DNA of 64,000 nt, from NCBI GenBank assembly GCA_963662275.1, contig OY759316.1:1120001-1184000 (forward strand), in the 5' to 3' direction. The stretch's first letter is position 1, and each line of letters begins with the position of its first letter. The position numbers were made by a program, and so were the translations under genes. The notes beneath the pieces are model-generated. The model was not told the origin of the DNA and made no database searches. It saw only the letters and a list, made by a program, of their open reading frames with translations. Source of the DNA: Candidatus Cloacimonadales bacterium (lineage in GTDB: Bacteria > Cloacimonadota > Cloacimonadia > Cloacimonadales > DAONDQ01). Of this stretch, positions 9,339 through 24,500 are shown in pieces.

Positions 9339-11510
9339 CTAATTTAGTGAAAGAATTTTTTGTATGTGATTTCGTACTTTGTCTACAAGATGGAAAAGAA
9401 CCTGGTTGCTGGACCCTTGAATTGAAAAGTGTTTTTTAAAATCCTCTAAACATCGGTCTATAATTAACTGAATACTCTGTGTTGCTTTACCGCCAAAATT
9501 CAATTCCAGATGTTCTAATGGATGATGATCCATGCTCTGCAGTCGGTTATAGGTGATGCATTCTATGGGTATCCACAACTGGTCAGAAGTTTTTAATTGG
9601 GTATATAGCGTCTCCAAATCGATTAAATACTTGCTAATCAAGTTAATGATGTTGGCTGAAAAAGCCTTCTGAGCCTCGTTTACGATAGAGAGAATTTGTT
9701 CCTCTCTTTCCAGGATACCTTCAAAAAGACTATCTTTGAGAAATTTGTTAAGCTTAGTGATAGGTGGATGTTTGGAAAGTAAATTCAGATACAACTGAGT
9801 AACAAATTTATCCTTAAGCTGTCTGATATATTTCTCTGGCGCAAGAGAATTTTTTAGTTCAATGATAGAGGTCTTATCTCTGAAATAGTGGGTAAGTTCA
9901 TTTTCACTAAGATTATCAATCAATTCATCCTTGAATAGTTTGAGTTGAAGATCTTTATCAAAACTCTCATATTCATGAAGCAGATCCTCAAACAACATTA
10001 GATATTCCATAAAAATACAATATGTCTGATGATTAGCACTAAATTCCTTCCAACTGGATTCAAGAATTCCGATGATTCTGGTCAGTTCATAATTCGAGAT
10101 AGGATAATTACCGATATTCCTCAATTGGGATAAGACTGGATTTAATGAAAATGTGCAGGATTCAGTGAGATTTAGATTTTGATAACGATATTCAAAAGTA
10201 TTGATTAATTCATTGATTTCTTCTTGTTTATGAGAACCGGATTTTTCTAATTTTTTGATTTGCTTAATCAGATTTTTCGTAAATGGTATTTCTAAGGTCA
10301 AATCTGCTGACAGGTCAGCTTTTCTGTATGATTGCGCTAAGCGAAGCAGCATATTTGTCCAGTTGTCTTTAAAATTGTCACTTAATGCTGTATCATTGAT
10401 TCTAAAATCGTTAAAAGCAATTGGCTTGAATTGGCAAACTAATTCCCTATTCCATACTTGCAGTTCATCAACCAGAATCAACAGATATAATAGAGGTAAT
10501 CTTATCCCAGATATCTTTTCCTTATATCCTTTACTGAAAATCCCTTCTTTAAATTTATCATAATGATGGAGAGAAGCATTACTGATTGCATCTGTAAAAT
10601 CCTTCATTTCCTGGATGATTCGGATGATACTTGCATAGGAAATAGTAGTTTCACTGCTATTTAAAAATATTCCCAGTTCGTGATAATAACCTTTTATTGC
10701 TTCTAAACCACCCAGTATATCATGAGAACCATATTCTTCGACAAAATTCTCCACAGCAATTCGTTTTATTGAATCACTTATCTGATTACTTGAGAATTTT
10801 CCAAGCCTGCCTTGGAGTCGATGGCTTATAATATCAAGCGCATTATCATGGAGTAAATAAGGAGGGACAAATCCTGTTGTGAGGGAATTTTCAATTTCGG
10901 CTATTCCTGAAATATTGATAATATCCTCGAAATGTGGGATTGTCACAGAAAAAACCTGATTTGTTGTATGAAAATGGTGCTTAGCTTCCATATTCATGGC
11001 GTTATAGCTAATTTGTGGAAGATAGGCGATATCATGGAAAAATGCAGTGATAGCCCAACGTCTATGGAATCTTTCATAATCTGGGTGATGAGATAAAGGC
11101 AGGACTTCCGAGGATGGACTCATATATATATTATCGAGCTTTTCAAAATCGATATTCGCAAGCAGCATATTCCCCAGAAAATCATCTTTCATCAAGTACA
11201 AACCCATCAGATAATTATAAACAGAATGTAGATAATGTGATCGATAATCTTTAGTAATCCACGGGAATCCATAATCAACTTTTAAAAGTGAAGTAATATA
11301 CCCTTGCAGGATTCTTTCGATACAATGCGTTTCAAATCCAAGATTACGTATCGTTTGAATCATTAATCTCTGGGCAATATCAGTTTTTTCTTCATTATCA
11401 TTGGATGATAGAAATTGATTAATTAAATGAACATTGTTCACAGGAATGATTCGATCGGATGATTTCACAAAAAAATCTAATAACACTGAATCTATCAAAG
11501 TATCCGGCAT
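9339..11510 (-). CDS. 723-aa HD-superfamily phosphohydrolase domain protein with helical C-terminal extension
   Basis: RSHYLHS...FFHDIAY...SHDILG...SLHH...LVDELQVWNR metal-binding pattern; stop sits 8 nt before the ATPase start, with GGAGG between them. Confidence 0.7.
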   Translation of the reverse strand: MPDTLIDSVLLDFFVKSSDRIIPVNNVHLINQFLSSNDNEEKTDIAQRLMIQTIRNLGFETHCIERILQGYITSLLKVDYGFPWITKDYRSHYLHSVYNYLMGLYLMKDDFLGNMLLANIDFEKLDNIYMSPSSEVLPLSHHPDYERFHRRWAITAFFHDIAYLPQISYNAMNMEAKHHFHTTNQVFSVTIPHFEDIINISGIAEIENSLTTGFVPPYLLHDNALDIISHRLQGRLGKFSSNQISDSIKRIAVENFVEEYGSHDILGGLEAIKGYYHELGIFLNSSETTISYASIIRIIQEMKDFTDAISNASLHHYDKFKEGIFSKGYKEKISGIRLPLLYLLILVDELQVWNRELVCQFKPIAFNDFRINDTALSDNFKDNWTNMLLRLAQSYRKADLSADLTLEIPFTKNLIKQIKKLEKSGSHKQEEINELINTFEYRYQNLNLTESCTFSLNPVLSQLRNIGNYPISNYELTRIIGILESSWKEFSANHQTYCIFMEYLMLFEDLLHEYESFDKDLQLKLFKDELIDNLSENELTHYFRDKTSIIELKNSLAPEKYIRQLKDKFVTQLYLNLLSKHPPITKLNKFLKDSLFEGILEREEQILSIVNEAQKAFSANIINLISKYLIDLETLYTQLKTSDQLWIPIECITYNRLQSMDHHPLEHLELNFGGKATQSIQLIIDRCLEDFKKHFSIQGSSNQVLFHLVDKVRNHIQKILSLN

Positions 11511-11657
11511 TTACCCATCCTTTTAAATTCCCTTATGTATCTTTGAATTCCCAATAGTTTATTACTATGTCTGAATCGTTATATGTTATTTTATTTGTCA
11601 ATAATTAATTTCAAACATTCATTTATTCCTGTATTATAACATAATCAGCCAACCTCT

Positions 11658-11740
11658 TCATCTTTGAACTTCTCTCAGGACTTTCTCATCTTTAAACTTC
11701 TCTCAGGACTCCCTCAGACAACTCTTAAATAACTCTTAAG
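11658..11740. repeat. Direct repeats in the AT-rich divergent intergenic region
   Basis: TCATCTTT(G/A)AACTTCTCTCAGGACT twice at 28-bp period; AACTCTTAA twice at 11-bp period. Confidence 0.6.
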
Positions 11741-12503
11741 ACCTGAGAGAAAAATGAGTATTGGTTGAGAGTTTGCTAACTTTGAAGTGAGTGTAATTTT
11801 CTTGACTAGTAAATCATGAAAATATATGAATTTATATTGTAACTCCTTGTTTTATCTAAATACTGGAAATTCTTTCTTGCTTAAATTTTGCATTGACTTA
11901 GACTATTAGATATTACTCAGGAGAAATTATTGAAAATAACTTCTAATTATTCTCCTTTTCTAGTCTTTTTTTCACTGTTGATAATCCGACATACTTGAGT
12001 ACAGTACAAGGTATGAATGAATTAGAAGTGAGTAGAAAAGGGAATGGGAAAGAAAAGAAAATGAGAATACTGAGATCAAAGTCAGTATTTTTTAAATTGA
12101 ACATAATATGAAGCAGATGAGATGTATATATTTTATAAAAAGCGAAGTTTTAACTGTTTATCCGATTGTTGACTGGCACAACCTAGAGAATATTTTGGAG
12201 ATAAACTATTGAAAAGAAGGAAAAGACAAAACAAGGATAATTCTGATTGTACTATAATTTAAATCACAAAATAGAGGATTTTCCTAATTTATAAGTAGTC
12301 CCAAATGAAAAAAACATTGACAAATGGATATGGAATAAACAAAGATGATATAATAAGAGTGGTAGAATAATAAGTAATTTTCCAATCGGGTAGGCGCTGA
12401 TAAAATATATATGCGTCAATTATATTGGAGTATCATATAAATCTATCATTAACTAATAATTAATTATACAAAAAGAATAAGCGTATTTACAGGAGTGTGA
12501 TTT

Positions 12504-15500
12504 ATGAAACGGATATTTTATGTTATCTTAATGGTAATTATCAGCTTGTCCATCTTAAATGCAGCGCCGACAGACTGGCTCAAACTTTCTGGCTCTGCTA
12601 TTACCCCCCAGGTAATTCAAGATATACAAAATAGTAACCGAGATGTCCGTGGACCCTCTTTTAATTTTACTTCTCCTTATAACTTACCAACAACGGCGGA
12701 AATAGCTGTCAGTAATCTATTTCTGGAGGATACATCCTGGACAAAAGATTTTACTACCCTTGTTATTCCTGCCGGTGGAACTTACTATCTTTATTACAGT
12801 AATCCAGAACACTTTACCATAACACAGGATCTCGTGAATCCTCTCATCTTGACATTTGCCCCCAAACCTTTGAACTGGAATGGCTCAGAAATGGTTATTC
12901 TGACTGTATCTGATGTACCCCTAGGCAGAGAAAGCAGAGCCTATTCAACAGCTATAATTAGGTTGAATGTTACACCTGTTCCGGATCCACCGATTTTGAA
13001 CTTTCCTCTAATATTTCCTCCCGAATTCTTAGAAGATACCACATTAACTGTGAATTTTGCAGATTATGTTCAGTGCGTTGATAGTGCTCCCAATAACTTT
13101 GATTTATATCTTTCGCAAACTCAACTTCCACCTTACAATGTCGAAATATCCCAAGTACCTGCTAATATTGGTCAAATTGTAACATTTACACCAAAACATG
13201 ATTTCAATGGTGAAGTGAATTTTGTATTAACAGCAGTTGATAGAACAACGAGTGCCCTCGTTTCAACAACTATAACTGTGGATGTACAGGCTGTAAATGA
13301 TGCACCAGTAATCGATAGTTTTATCCCTATACTCACAAACCAGAATATTGAGCAATACAGTACATTGAATTTTTCTATTGTAGCACATGATGTGGATTTG
13401 ACACCGCTTGATTATTCATGGACTGTTTCAGGTACTCATAACGGAGTTCCCTTTTCCGATGTTTTTTCGACTCTTTCCACCGGTGCTTATACTTTCAATT
13501 TTCCGGGACTGTATACGGTAGAGGTCGATGTAAATGATGGGGTGAATCATGTTCACCAGACTTGGAATGTGACTGTTGCACCGACAGGTCCTATCTTTAA
13601 TCCTTGGGGTGGAGTATATTTGCATCCAGTTTCAGTGACTCTTACTCCTCCTGCAGAATATCCGACTGCTCCCATTTATTACACCATAAATGGGACACTA
13701 CCGGATAACACGTCGTTGCTTTTTAATCCAGCCAATCCCATATTGATTTCTGCCGGATTGAATAATGACAACATCGTGACTGTGAAAGCAATCTATTATG
13801 AAACTGGATTGCCCCCATCTAGTATCATAACGCAGAATTACCAAATCACAGGTACTGTACATGCCCCTGTGTTTTCTCCAGATCCTGCGGTTTATTATCC
13901 TAATGCCCAACAGGTTCATATTTCCACACCGACTATCGGTGCTTCCATTTATTATACAATAGATGGAACTGATCCTGTTGTCGGTGCGCCTAATACTTTC
14001 CTGTATTCAGATTTAACTCCGATTGATGTTCCCTTGAACACCACGAAAGTCATAAAGGCAATTGCCATGAAAACAGATTGGCAAGCTAGTAGTATTGTCA
14101 CAGCTACCTATAATGTTACGGGAACAGTTGTGATCAGTCATTATGAATTTAATCCCTCTCCAGGTCATTACGATGTTCCACTCGGTGATGTTTTAGATGT
14201 CAATATCAATAATATTGTATTAGCTCCAATGGATGCAGTTCTACATTATACTATTGATAACAGCATACCTACAACAAGCTCTCCAGTTTATAACGCAGGT
14301 CATACTTTTATTTTTAGTACACCGACAACAATCAGAATACGAGCATTTAAAACAAACTGGCAGCCCAGTGATATTATCAGCGTCGAATACGATATAGCTG
14401 GACAGGTAGTCATCGATCGTTATCCTGATCCAAATAATACAGTATTTAATCCTGCACCAGGGATCTTCTCTACTTCTCAAAATGTGACGATCAATAGCAC
14501 AATACCACCAGGCGGTTCGATCTATTACTCACTTGATGGGTCAGATCCAGTCGTTGGTGGTCTCACAACCTTCCAATACTTTGGACCAGTTCTCATAACT
14601 TCATCCAAGATAATTAAAGCCATAGCTACCTATTCAGGGTTAAGACAAAGTCCTGTTTATCAAGGTGGATATACGATAACTGGTACTGTGGCAACACCTG
14701 CCTTCATGCCTCCTGCTGGCGTATATCCTTCCTCCCAGGAAGTTGAAATTAGCTGCGCTACTCCAGGAGCTAGCATTTATTATACACTTGAAAATAATCT
14801 TATTGGGAGTGAACCTGTCATTGGTGCTGCTAATACTTTCCTTTATACTGCTCCATTTACAGTAACTGTTCCAGTTGGATATTCGACTTTGAAAGCCAGG
14901 GCTTTTTTGAATACCTGGGAACCTAGTGCAATAACGACTGGTATATATAGTATAGCAAGGCTCCCGATGCCATCTTTCAATCTTGTGTCAGGAACTTACC
15001 CCGTATCACAGACTATCCATATAACTGATGTTTCGGAGAGAGCTGCTAAAATCTATTATACTCTGGATGGTACTGATCCTACAGAAGATTCTAATTTGTA
15101 TAATGATATTTCTCCCATAGTCTTAGCTGAGAATACAACAACCATCATTCGAGCTCGAGCTTTTAAAGCTGGTTGGAATCCCAGTGATGTAGCAGCACGC
15201 ACATATACGATCACAGGTACCGTTAGTGATCCTCAATTTGCTCCCCCATCAGGTACTTATCCTCTTCCAACAGATGTATCAATTTTCTCTACAACTCCCG
15301 GTAGTACGATTAGATATACAACTAACGGAGTTGTTCCTACACCTACCTTTGGAACAGTTTATAGTGATCCTATCCATGTTTCTTCAGGATTGACAATCAA
15401 AGCTATAGCATATCAGGCAGATTGGAATAATTCCAATGTTACAGAGGCAACATATATCATTTCAGGTATTGTTGGAAATCCTGTTTTTACTCCACCTGCA

Positions 15501-18500
15501 GGTATATATGCCAATGCTCAGCAGGTTTATCTCGGTGTTAGCCCAATAGATGCCAGTATCATATATACGATTGATGGCTCAGATCCAAGCGAAATCCATG
15601 GAACTCTTTTTAATGCCGCAAATCCAATCTTAGTCAGTTCTTCTCATACAACAATAAAAGCTTTTGCTTATAAATTAGGCTGGACTTCATCACAAATAGT
15701 CACAGCAGACTATTATATCACTGGGGCTGTAGCAGCACCGACTTTTGATCCTGCGGGAGGCGAGTATGCTTCTGCTCAGTCTGTCAATTTAAACTGTACC
15801 ACTCCAGGTGCTTCTATCCGCTACACAGTTGATGGTGCATTACCAAGTGCTACAGTAGGTATTCCTTATGATCCACTAATTCCAATTCTCATTACCCAAA
15901 GTACTAATGTAAGGGCAGTAGCCTATAAAACAGATTGGATCACTTCTCCTGTATCCAATGCTATCTATACTATTAATGGTATCATTTCCAGTCCGATATT
16001 TTCTCCAATTGGCGGGTCTTACAATAGTCCGAAGTTCGTCAGTATCCGAACCTTCCCAGTAGATGCCACGATCCGATATACTACAGATGGCAGCATTCCT
16101 ACTGAAATATATGGTACTGAGTTTGTCAGTGGTAACACTATTCCAATCGGTGTTGCAACGACAATAAATGCAATCGCCTATAAAAATAACTGGCAGACTT
16201 CTTTAGTGTCAACTGCAAGCTACTCATTCAATGTGGATAGTCCAGTTTTCACTCCATCTGCTGGAGTTTATGCAGGTAATCAAACAATATCTATTAGTTG
16301 CCCAACATCTTTGGTTACAGATGGGATTTCAATTCGTTACACCATTAATGGTCCTGATCCTACTCCAACAATAGGGATAGAATATCTGAGTTCATTTGAA
16401 ATTAGTTCTAGTCCAACAACAATCAGAGCCATAGCTTATAAAACCGGTTGGAATAATTCTCCAGTTGTCATATCAACTTATGTAATTAATGGAGCTGTTC
16501 GTACCCCAGAATTCTCAGTAGCACCAGGGACTTATTTGAATACGTTTAATGTTTCGATCAGCACAATGCCTACCGATGCTACGATTTACTATACACTCGA
16601 TGGCAGTATTCCTACAGATCATAGTGATATTTACAATGAGGCTATTCCCATAACAAGAAGTACAATTCTGAAAGCAATAGCGTATAAAAGCGCGTATTTA
16701 AATTCTGGAGTGGCTGAAGCTAATTACATTCTGAAAGTGACAAAACCAGTCTTCAGCCCGTTGCCGAATACCTTTAATACTGCACAGACAATCACTTTAA
16801 CAACACCAACACCAGGTGCTCAAATACGTTACACATTAGATGGTGTTACCACACCAAGCTCAGCGATAGGAACTTTTTATGCAGGACCTTTCAGCATTAA
16901 TTCTAACACGACTATCAGAGCTATTGCATTTATGCCAACTTTTGATTGGGAAAATTCTGATGTTGCTGAAGGTGTGTACATGTTCAATCTCAATCCACCC
17001 ACTTTCAGTCCTTCTGCTGGACAATACGATGCTGCCCAGAGTATTACTCTCTCCGCTGGTACAGCTAGCATCCGTTATACACTCGATGGAACTGATCCCA
17101 GTGATGTGAATGGACTTCCGTATAATAGCCCAATTCTACTCACTGAAGCTACAACCATCAGGGCAATTGCTTATATGGCAGGCTGGAACAATTCAACCAT
17201 TGCCATCGCTCCTTATACTTTTAAAGTAGCTACACCAATCTTTTCTCGAAATCCGCTTAATATTTATGGTTCTGCCCAGGATGTAGCTATTTCAACGTCG
17301 ACTGATGGGGCAGCTATTCGTTACACGACAAATGGTGTGGATCCAACAGAAACTGATGGATTACCATATGTTGGATCTATTCATATAGATGGTAATACAT
17401 TAATTAAGGCAGTTGCTTATAAAACAAATTGGATTTCCTCCAGAGCTGAAGCCAACTATAAATTCGAAGTTGCTAAACCAGAATTCACACCTCCGAGTGG
17501 AACTTATACGACTGCTCAGTCCGTATCGCTTTCTTCTCCTACAAGTGCCACTGAGAGTGGTGTTGAGATTAGATATACGGTGGATGGACCTGAACCGACT
17601 CCTTTATTTGGAACTGTTTATGTTGCTGGTTCAACAATAGATTTCCCAATTAACACTTCCCGTACTATCAAAGCGATTGCTTATAAGTCGAACTGGCAAA
17701 ATAGTGTAGTCAATATGGCTGTTTATCTCATCACAGGAACAGTCACAATGAGTGAACCTGTATTCAGTGTATTATCAGGAACCTATCAGTCAGCTCAAGA
17801 TGTATCTATACTTAGTTCAGTTTTCCCTGCTGATGCAGTGATTCATTATACGACAGACGGAAGTGTTCCCACTGAAGCATCTCCAGTATATGCAGGTGCA
17901 GTTACAGTTCCGCTGGCAACCATCACGACAATCAAAGTGCGTGCTTTCAAGGCAGATTGGATTCCCAGTGCGATTTATTCGGAAACTTATAATGTCACCG
18001 GAAAGATAGCAATACCAACTCCGTTGTTTACGCCAGCAGCCGGTGATTATCTGAATGCACAATTTGTGACTCTGAACACCAGTACAACACTTGCTGGAAC
18101 TCATGTTTATTATACTCTCGATGGCAGCGATCCTACAGAAGCTTCTCCTGAATATGTCTTTGGATCTCAAATTGTCATACCACAAGGAGCAACAACAACC
18201 CTGCGGGTAAGAGCATTTAGAGTTGATTGGATACCCAGCGATATTGCAACCGCTGTTTATCATATCAGCAATAAAGTAGTTTTCAATCAACCAGTGTTTA
18301 ATCCTCCGGCTGGACTTTATGCAACATCACAGTCAGTTGTGATAAACACAGCTATTCCAGCAGAAGCAACCGTACATTATACCATCAATGGAACTGATCC
18401 TACACTTGCTTCTCCTGTATATACAATTCCTATTATAGTCGCAGGTAACTCACCGCTGGTGATCAAAGCTTGTGCCTTTGCTCCAGGTTTTGCGGATAGC

Positions 18501-21500
18501 AACATTGAGACTGCTGTTTATAATGCTAATGTAGTACCCACACCTATATTTAGCCTTGCTTCGGGAACTTATACTGAATTCCCGCAATTTCTGACTATAT
18601 CAGTACCAGAAGAAGGTGCAACAATTCGCTATACTCTGGATGGAAGCGAACCTACAGCAACTTCAACTCTATATTCAGGAGTTATCACCCTGAATACTAA
18701 TAATACGTATACATTTAAAGCTAAAGCATTTAAAGACACTTGGGTTAATAGCTTAACTGCCAGTGCAACCTATATTATTACAGGTACTCTTCCCAGTGTT
18801 GTCTTCAATCCTGTTGGCGGAACATATCCTGTATCTCAAAACATTATCCTAACTTCTCCAGTAGAAGGTACCAGTATTCATTATACGATTGATGGTAATG
18901 ACCCCAATGCAGCATCTCCGTTATATTCAGCTCCGATAAACCTTGCTTTAGGCACGAATACTACAGTTAAAGCAATTGCAATGAAGTATGGTTGGGTGAA
19001 TAGTAACGTAAGAAGCGAAGTATATAATATCACAGGTCAGGTTGTGTTTAGTCTTCCTGTCTTCACTCCTGTTGGCGGAGTATATTCTTCTGCCCAGTCA
19101 GTTACCATAAGTTCACCAACTCCTCCTGATGCTACCGTCAAATATACGGTAGACGGAAGCGATCCCAGTGAATTAAATGGAACAACTTACACTGTTCCCT
19201 TCACAGTTAATGCTTCTCAAACCATAAAAGCCATTGCATACAAATCCGATTGGATTAGTAGCAGTATTGCTTCTGTTTCATACGATATAACAGGTCTAGT
19301 TGCTGATGTTACTTTTGATATTCCTGGAGGAATCTATCAGGAAGCCAAAAATATTACCCTCACTTCATTAACTCCTGGAGCAGTAATACGCTATACGACA
19401 AATGGCAGTGAACCAAGCGAAGCTTCAGCGACTTTCACAGGTGCGATCACTATTCCACTTAATTCAACAATGGTTATCAAGGCAAAAGCTTACAAAGCAA
19501 ACTGGATTACCAGTTCTACAACAAGCCAGACCTATACGATCACCGGTCAGGTTGTGTTCAATCAGCCTGTGTTTACGCCAGTTGCAGGAAATTATACTAC
19601 CGCTCAGACGATCAACTTGAATACTGTGCTACCAGCAGATGCCATCATCAAATATACGACGGATGGCACAGAACCAAATCTTGGTTCCTTTTCATATTTA
19701 GCCCCTCTATTATTACCTTTGAATAATTCACTCAATCTTAAAGTGAAGGCATTTAAACTGGATTGGACTCCCAGTGAGACCTATTCAGCGTCCTACAATG
19801 TAACTGGACAGGTAACGATAGCTCAACCTATCTTTACACCAGATCCTGGCTTGTTCCAAACTCCACAGACGATTCACATTAATACTAGTGTAGTACCTGC
19901 AGACGCAGTGATTCATTATACACTTGACGGCTCGAACCCTATAGAAAGTTCCCCGGTTTATACTGATCCAATCAGTATTGGTGCTAATCAGCAGCTATTA
20001 ATCAAGATTCGTGCTTATGCTGCCAATTGGATACCTGGTGAGATTCAATCCGGATTGTTTACAGTTACAGATCAAGTTGCTCAAGTTGCATTTAATCCTG
20101 TTGGAGGAACTTACAGCACAGTACAGAACGTTTTACTTACAACGCCTACTGATGGTGCTACTATCCGCTTTACAACTGATGGAAGTGAACCCAATGAGGG
20201 ATCAACTATATTCACTTCAACAATTACGATACCGCTCAATACCAGCTTAACTATTAAGGCAAAAGCTTTTAAAACTAGTTGGACTCCGAGTATCACTACC
20301 TCACAATCCTATGTGATTAACAGTCAGGTGGTCTTCAACCAACCCATATTCACACCTGCCGGCGGTACATATTCTTCAGATCAGACGGTTAGCATCAATA
20401 CAACATTGCCAAATGATGCTACCATTAAATATACTGTTGATGGGAGTACTCCTTCATTAATTAATGGTATCGTTTATGGCGGTCCAATTCTTATTAATGC
20501 TAATACAACTTTAAAGGTTAAGGCATACAAAGATAATTGGCAAGATTCAGAGATAGCACAAGCTACATATGTGTTCCAAACAGACAATCCTATATTATCA
20601 CTTGCATCTGGAACCTATGCTACTTCTCAGACATTGACAATAACAAGTCCTACAGTAGACTCTCAGGTTCGCTATACAATAGATGGAACAGCCCCAAGTG
20701 CATTAAATGGAACGATTTATTTAATTCCAATACCGATTAATAACTCACAAACTGTGAAAGCAATTGCATATAAAACAGGGTGGAATCCAAGTGCAATCGT
20801 CTCAGGTATCTATGAGATTACCGGTCAGGTGGCAGATGTTACATTTAGCACTCCAGGTGGGACTTATCAGACAGCACAGAATATTACACTTTCAACAATG
20901 ATCGTTGGAGCTGCTATTCGTTATACGACAGATGGAAGTGAACCAGATGAGACTTCAGCAACATATCTGAATTCAATCTATACTCCATTCAATTCTACAA
21001 CAACGATCAAGGCGAAAGCATACAAAACCAACTGGAATCCAAGTACAACAACATCACAGACCTATATTATAACCGGACAGGTTGCTTTCAATCATCCAGT
21101 TTTCAATCCTCCTGCCGGAATCTATACTACTGCTCAAACAATCAGTCTGAATACAGTGTTGCCGGCTGATGCTGTAATCAAGTATACTATAGATGGTTCA
21201 GAACCAGATATGGGATCTTATACCTATGCTGCACCATGGTTATTGCCATTGAATAGTACTCTCGATCTAAAGATCAAAGCATTCAAAACAGACTGGACAC
21301 CAAGCCTGACCTATTCTGCATTCTATACGATTACCGGACAGGTAACGATGGCTCAACCCGTCTTTGATCCAGCACCCGGTTTATATGCCACAGCCCAGGC
21401 GATTCATATCAATACAAATGTGACACCTGCGTCTGCTGTTATTCACTATACTGTAGATGGTTCTACACCTACTGAAAGCTCTCCTGTTTATGGTGCTCCA

Positions 21501-24500
21501 ATCAGTGTCGGACCAGATCAACAGATGATCATAAACGTTCGAGCATTTGCTGCAAACTGGATACCCGGAGACATTCAGACAGGTGTTTATAACATCACAG
21601 ACATAGTTGCACCGGTTACTTTTACTCCTCTTGGTGGAAACTTCACTACTTCCCAAAATATCTTACTAAGCACGACAACAGATGGAGCTACTATCCATTA
21701 TACTACTGATGGCAATGAACCCAGTTCCGGATCAGCACTGTATACTTCTGCGATCGTAATACCACTCAACACTAGCATGACAATTAAAGCGAAAGCTTTC
21801 AAGACCAACTGGACAAACAGTGTTACTACTTCCCAGACGTATGTTGTTTCCGGTCAGGTAGCATTTGCTCAACCTGTCTTCTCACCTGCTGGTGGTGTCT
21901 ATACATCTTCTAGAAATATAACGATCAGCGCTCCAATCCCTGCTGATGCAACCATAAGATATACAACTGATGGTTCGGAACCAAGTGAATCGAATGGAAC
22001 CATTTATACTGTTCCAATTTCAGTAGGTGCTTCCCAAACGATCAAAGCAATTGCATACAAAGCCAATTGGATAAGTAGCGCTATAGCTTCTGCTTCATAT
22101 GAAATTACAGGTCAGGTTGCAGATGTTACTTTCGGTACACCTGGAGGAACTTATCAGACAGCACAGAATATTACCCTTTCAACAGTTACAACAGGGGCAG
22201 TTATTCGTTTTACTTTAGATGGAAGTGATCCAAATGAATTTTCTGCTTCCTATAATGCACCAATCAATATTCCATTAAATACTATAGAGACAATCAAGGC
22301 AAAAGCATATAAAACAAATTGGATTACAAGCTCAACAACCAGTCAGGCTTACATTATTACTGGTCAGATTGCTTTTAACCAGCCTGTATTCAATCCTCTT
22401 GCCGGAATCTATACTTCTCCTCAAATGATCAGCTTGAATACTGTTTTACCCGCAGATGCAGTGATCAGATATACGACCGATGGTACAGAACCAAATCTGG
22501 GATCTCGGATCTATGCAGCACCATGGTTATTGCCATTAAATAGTATTCTTATTCTTCAAGTTAAGGCATTTAAAGAAGATTGGATACCCAGCCTAACATA
22601 CTCCGCCTCCTTTGAGATAACCGGACAGGTAACGATGTCTCAACCAGTCTTTGATCCAGCACCCGGTCTATATGCAACACCCCAGACGATTCATATCAAT
22701 ACAAATGTGACACCAGCTACTGCTGTTATTCACTATACCATTGATGGTTCTATTCCTACGGAAAGTTCTCCTGTTTATGGTGCTTCAATCAACATTGCAG
22801 CTAATCAGCAGATGATCATCAGTGTTCGCGCATTTGCAGCAAATTGGATACCTGGTGATATTCAGACCGGTGTTTATAACATCACAGACATGGTTGCACC
22901 GGTTACTTTTACTCCTATGGGCGGAAATTTCACTACTTCGCAAAATGTCTTACTGAATACAACAACAGACGGTGCTACAATCCATTATACAATTGATGGT
23001 ACTGAACCTAGTATCGCTTCTGAACTCTATACAACAGCGATCGCAATTCCGCTTAACACCAGCCTGACCATCAATGCAAAAGGCTTTAAGACCAATTGGA
23101 CAAACAGTATTACTACTTCTCAGACTTATGTTGTTACTGGTCAGGTAGCGTTTGCTCAACCTGTCTTCACTCCTGCTGGCGGTGTCTATACATCCTCAAG
23201 AAACGTAACGATAAATTCTCCAATTCCTGCTGATGCAACCATTAGATATACAACTGATAATACGGATCCGAGTGAATCGAATGGAACCATTTATACTATT
23301 CCAATATTAGTCGATGCTACTCAGACGATCAAAGCAATTGCATACAAAGCTAATTGGATCAGCAGCAGTATCACTTCTGCTTCATATGAAATTACAGGTC
23401 AGGTTGCAGATGTTACTTTCGGTACTCTTGGTGGAACTTACCAGATAGCACAGAATATCACACTTTCTACTGTAACTGTTGGAGCAGATATACGTTTTAC
23501 AACAGATGGAAGTGAACCTAGTGAAGCTTCTGCTTCCTATACTGCGCCAATCAATGTTCCTTTAAATTCAACGGAGACTATCAAAACGAAAGCTTTTAAA
23601 ACCAATTGGGATCCCAGTAATACTACTTCTCAGACCTATGTTATAACCGGTCAAGTAACAATGGCTCAGCCAGTATTTACTCCTGGACCTGGTTTGTATA
23701 CTACACCTCAGACGATAAGTATCAATAGTAGTGTCATTCCAGTGGATGCGGTTATTCATTATACAATAGATGGGACCATTCCTAATGAAAGCTCTCCTGT
23801 TTATTTAAATCCCATCGGCATCGGAGCAAATCAGCAGATGGAGATAAAAGTCCGAGCTTATGCGGCTAATTGGATACCCGGTAACGTGCAGTCCGGTCTA
23901 TTTATTATTACCGGTCAGGTTAGTGATGTTGCCTTTAATCCACTTGGAGGCACTTACACTACTGCACAGAATGTTCTCCTGTCTACAGCGACTGACGAAG
24001 CAACGATCCATTATACAACTGATGGCAGCGAACCTACTACTGGTTCTCCAGTATACTCTTCCTCGATACCAGTACCCCTTAATACCAATATGACAATCAG
24101 GGCGAAAGCCTTTAAAACGAACTGGTTACCCAGTAATATAACATCGCAGTCCTATGTGATTACGGGTCAGGTTGCATTCAACCAGCCTATCTTCACACCT
24201 GCTGCAGGTATTTTTACTACCGCACAATCAGTATCAATCAATGCACCGATACCTGTAGATGCGACTATCAGGTATACGACAGATGGCACTGATCCCAGTG
24301 AATCGGTGGGAACTATCTATGCAGGTTCAATCAATGTCAATTCAACCCAAACGATCAAAGCGATTGCCTATAAGGCGGATTGGACCAGCAGTGTTATAGT
24401 TTCTGCTGCCTACGAAATCACCGGGCAGGTTAGCAATGTGACTTTCAATCCTCTGGGCGGGACATATCAAACTGCTCAGGATGTTACTTTATCCACAGCG

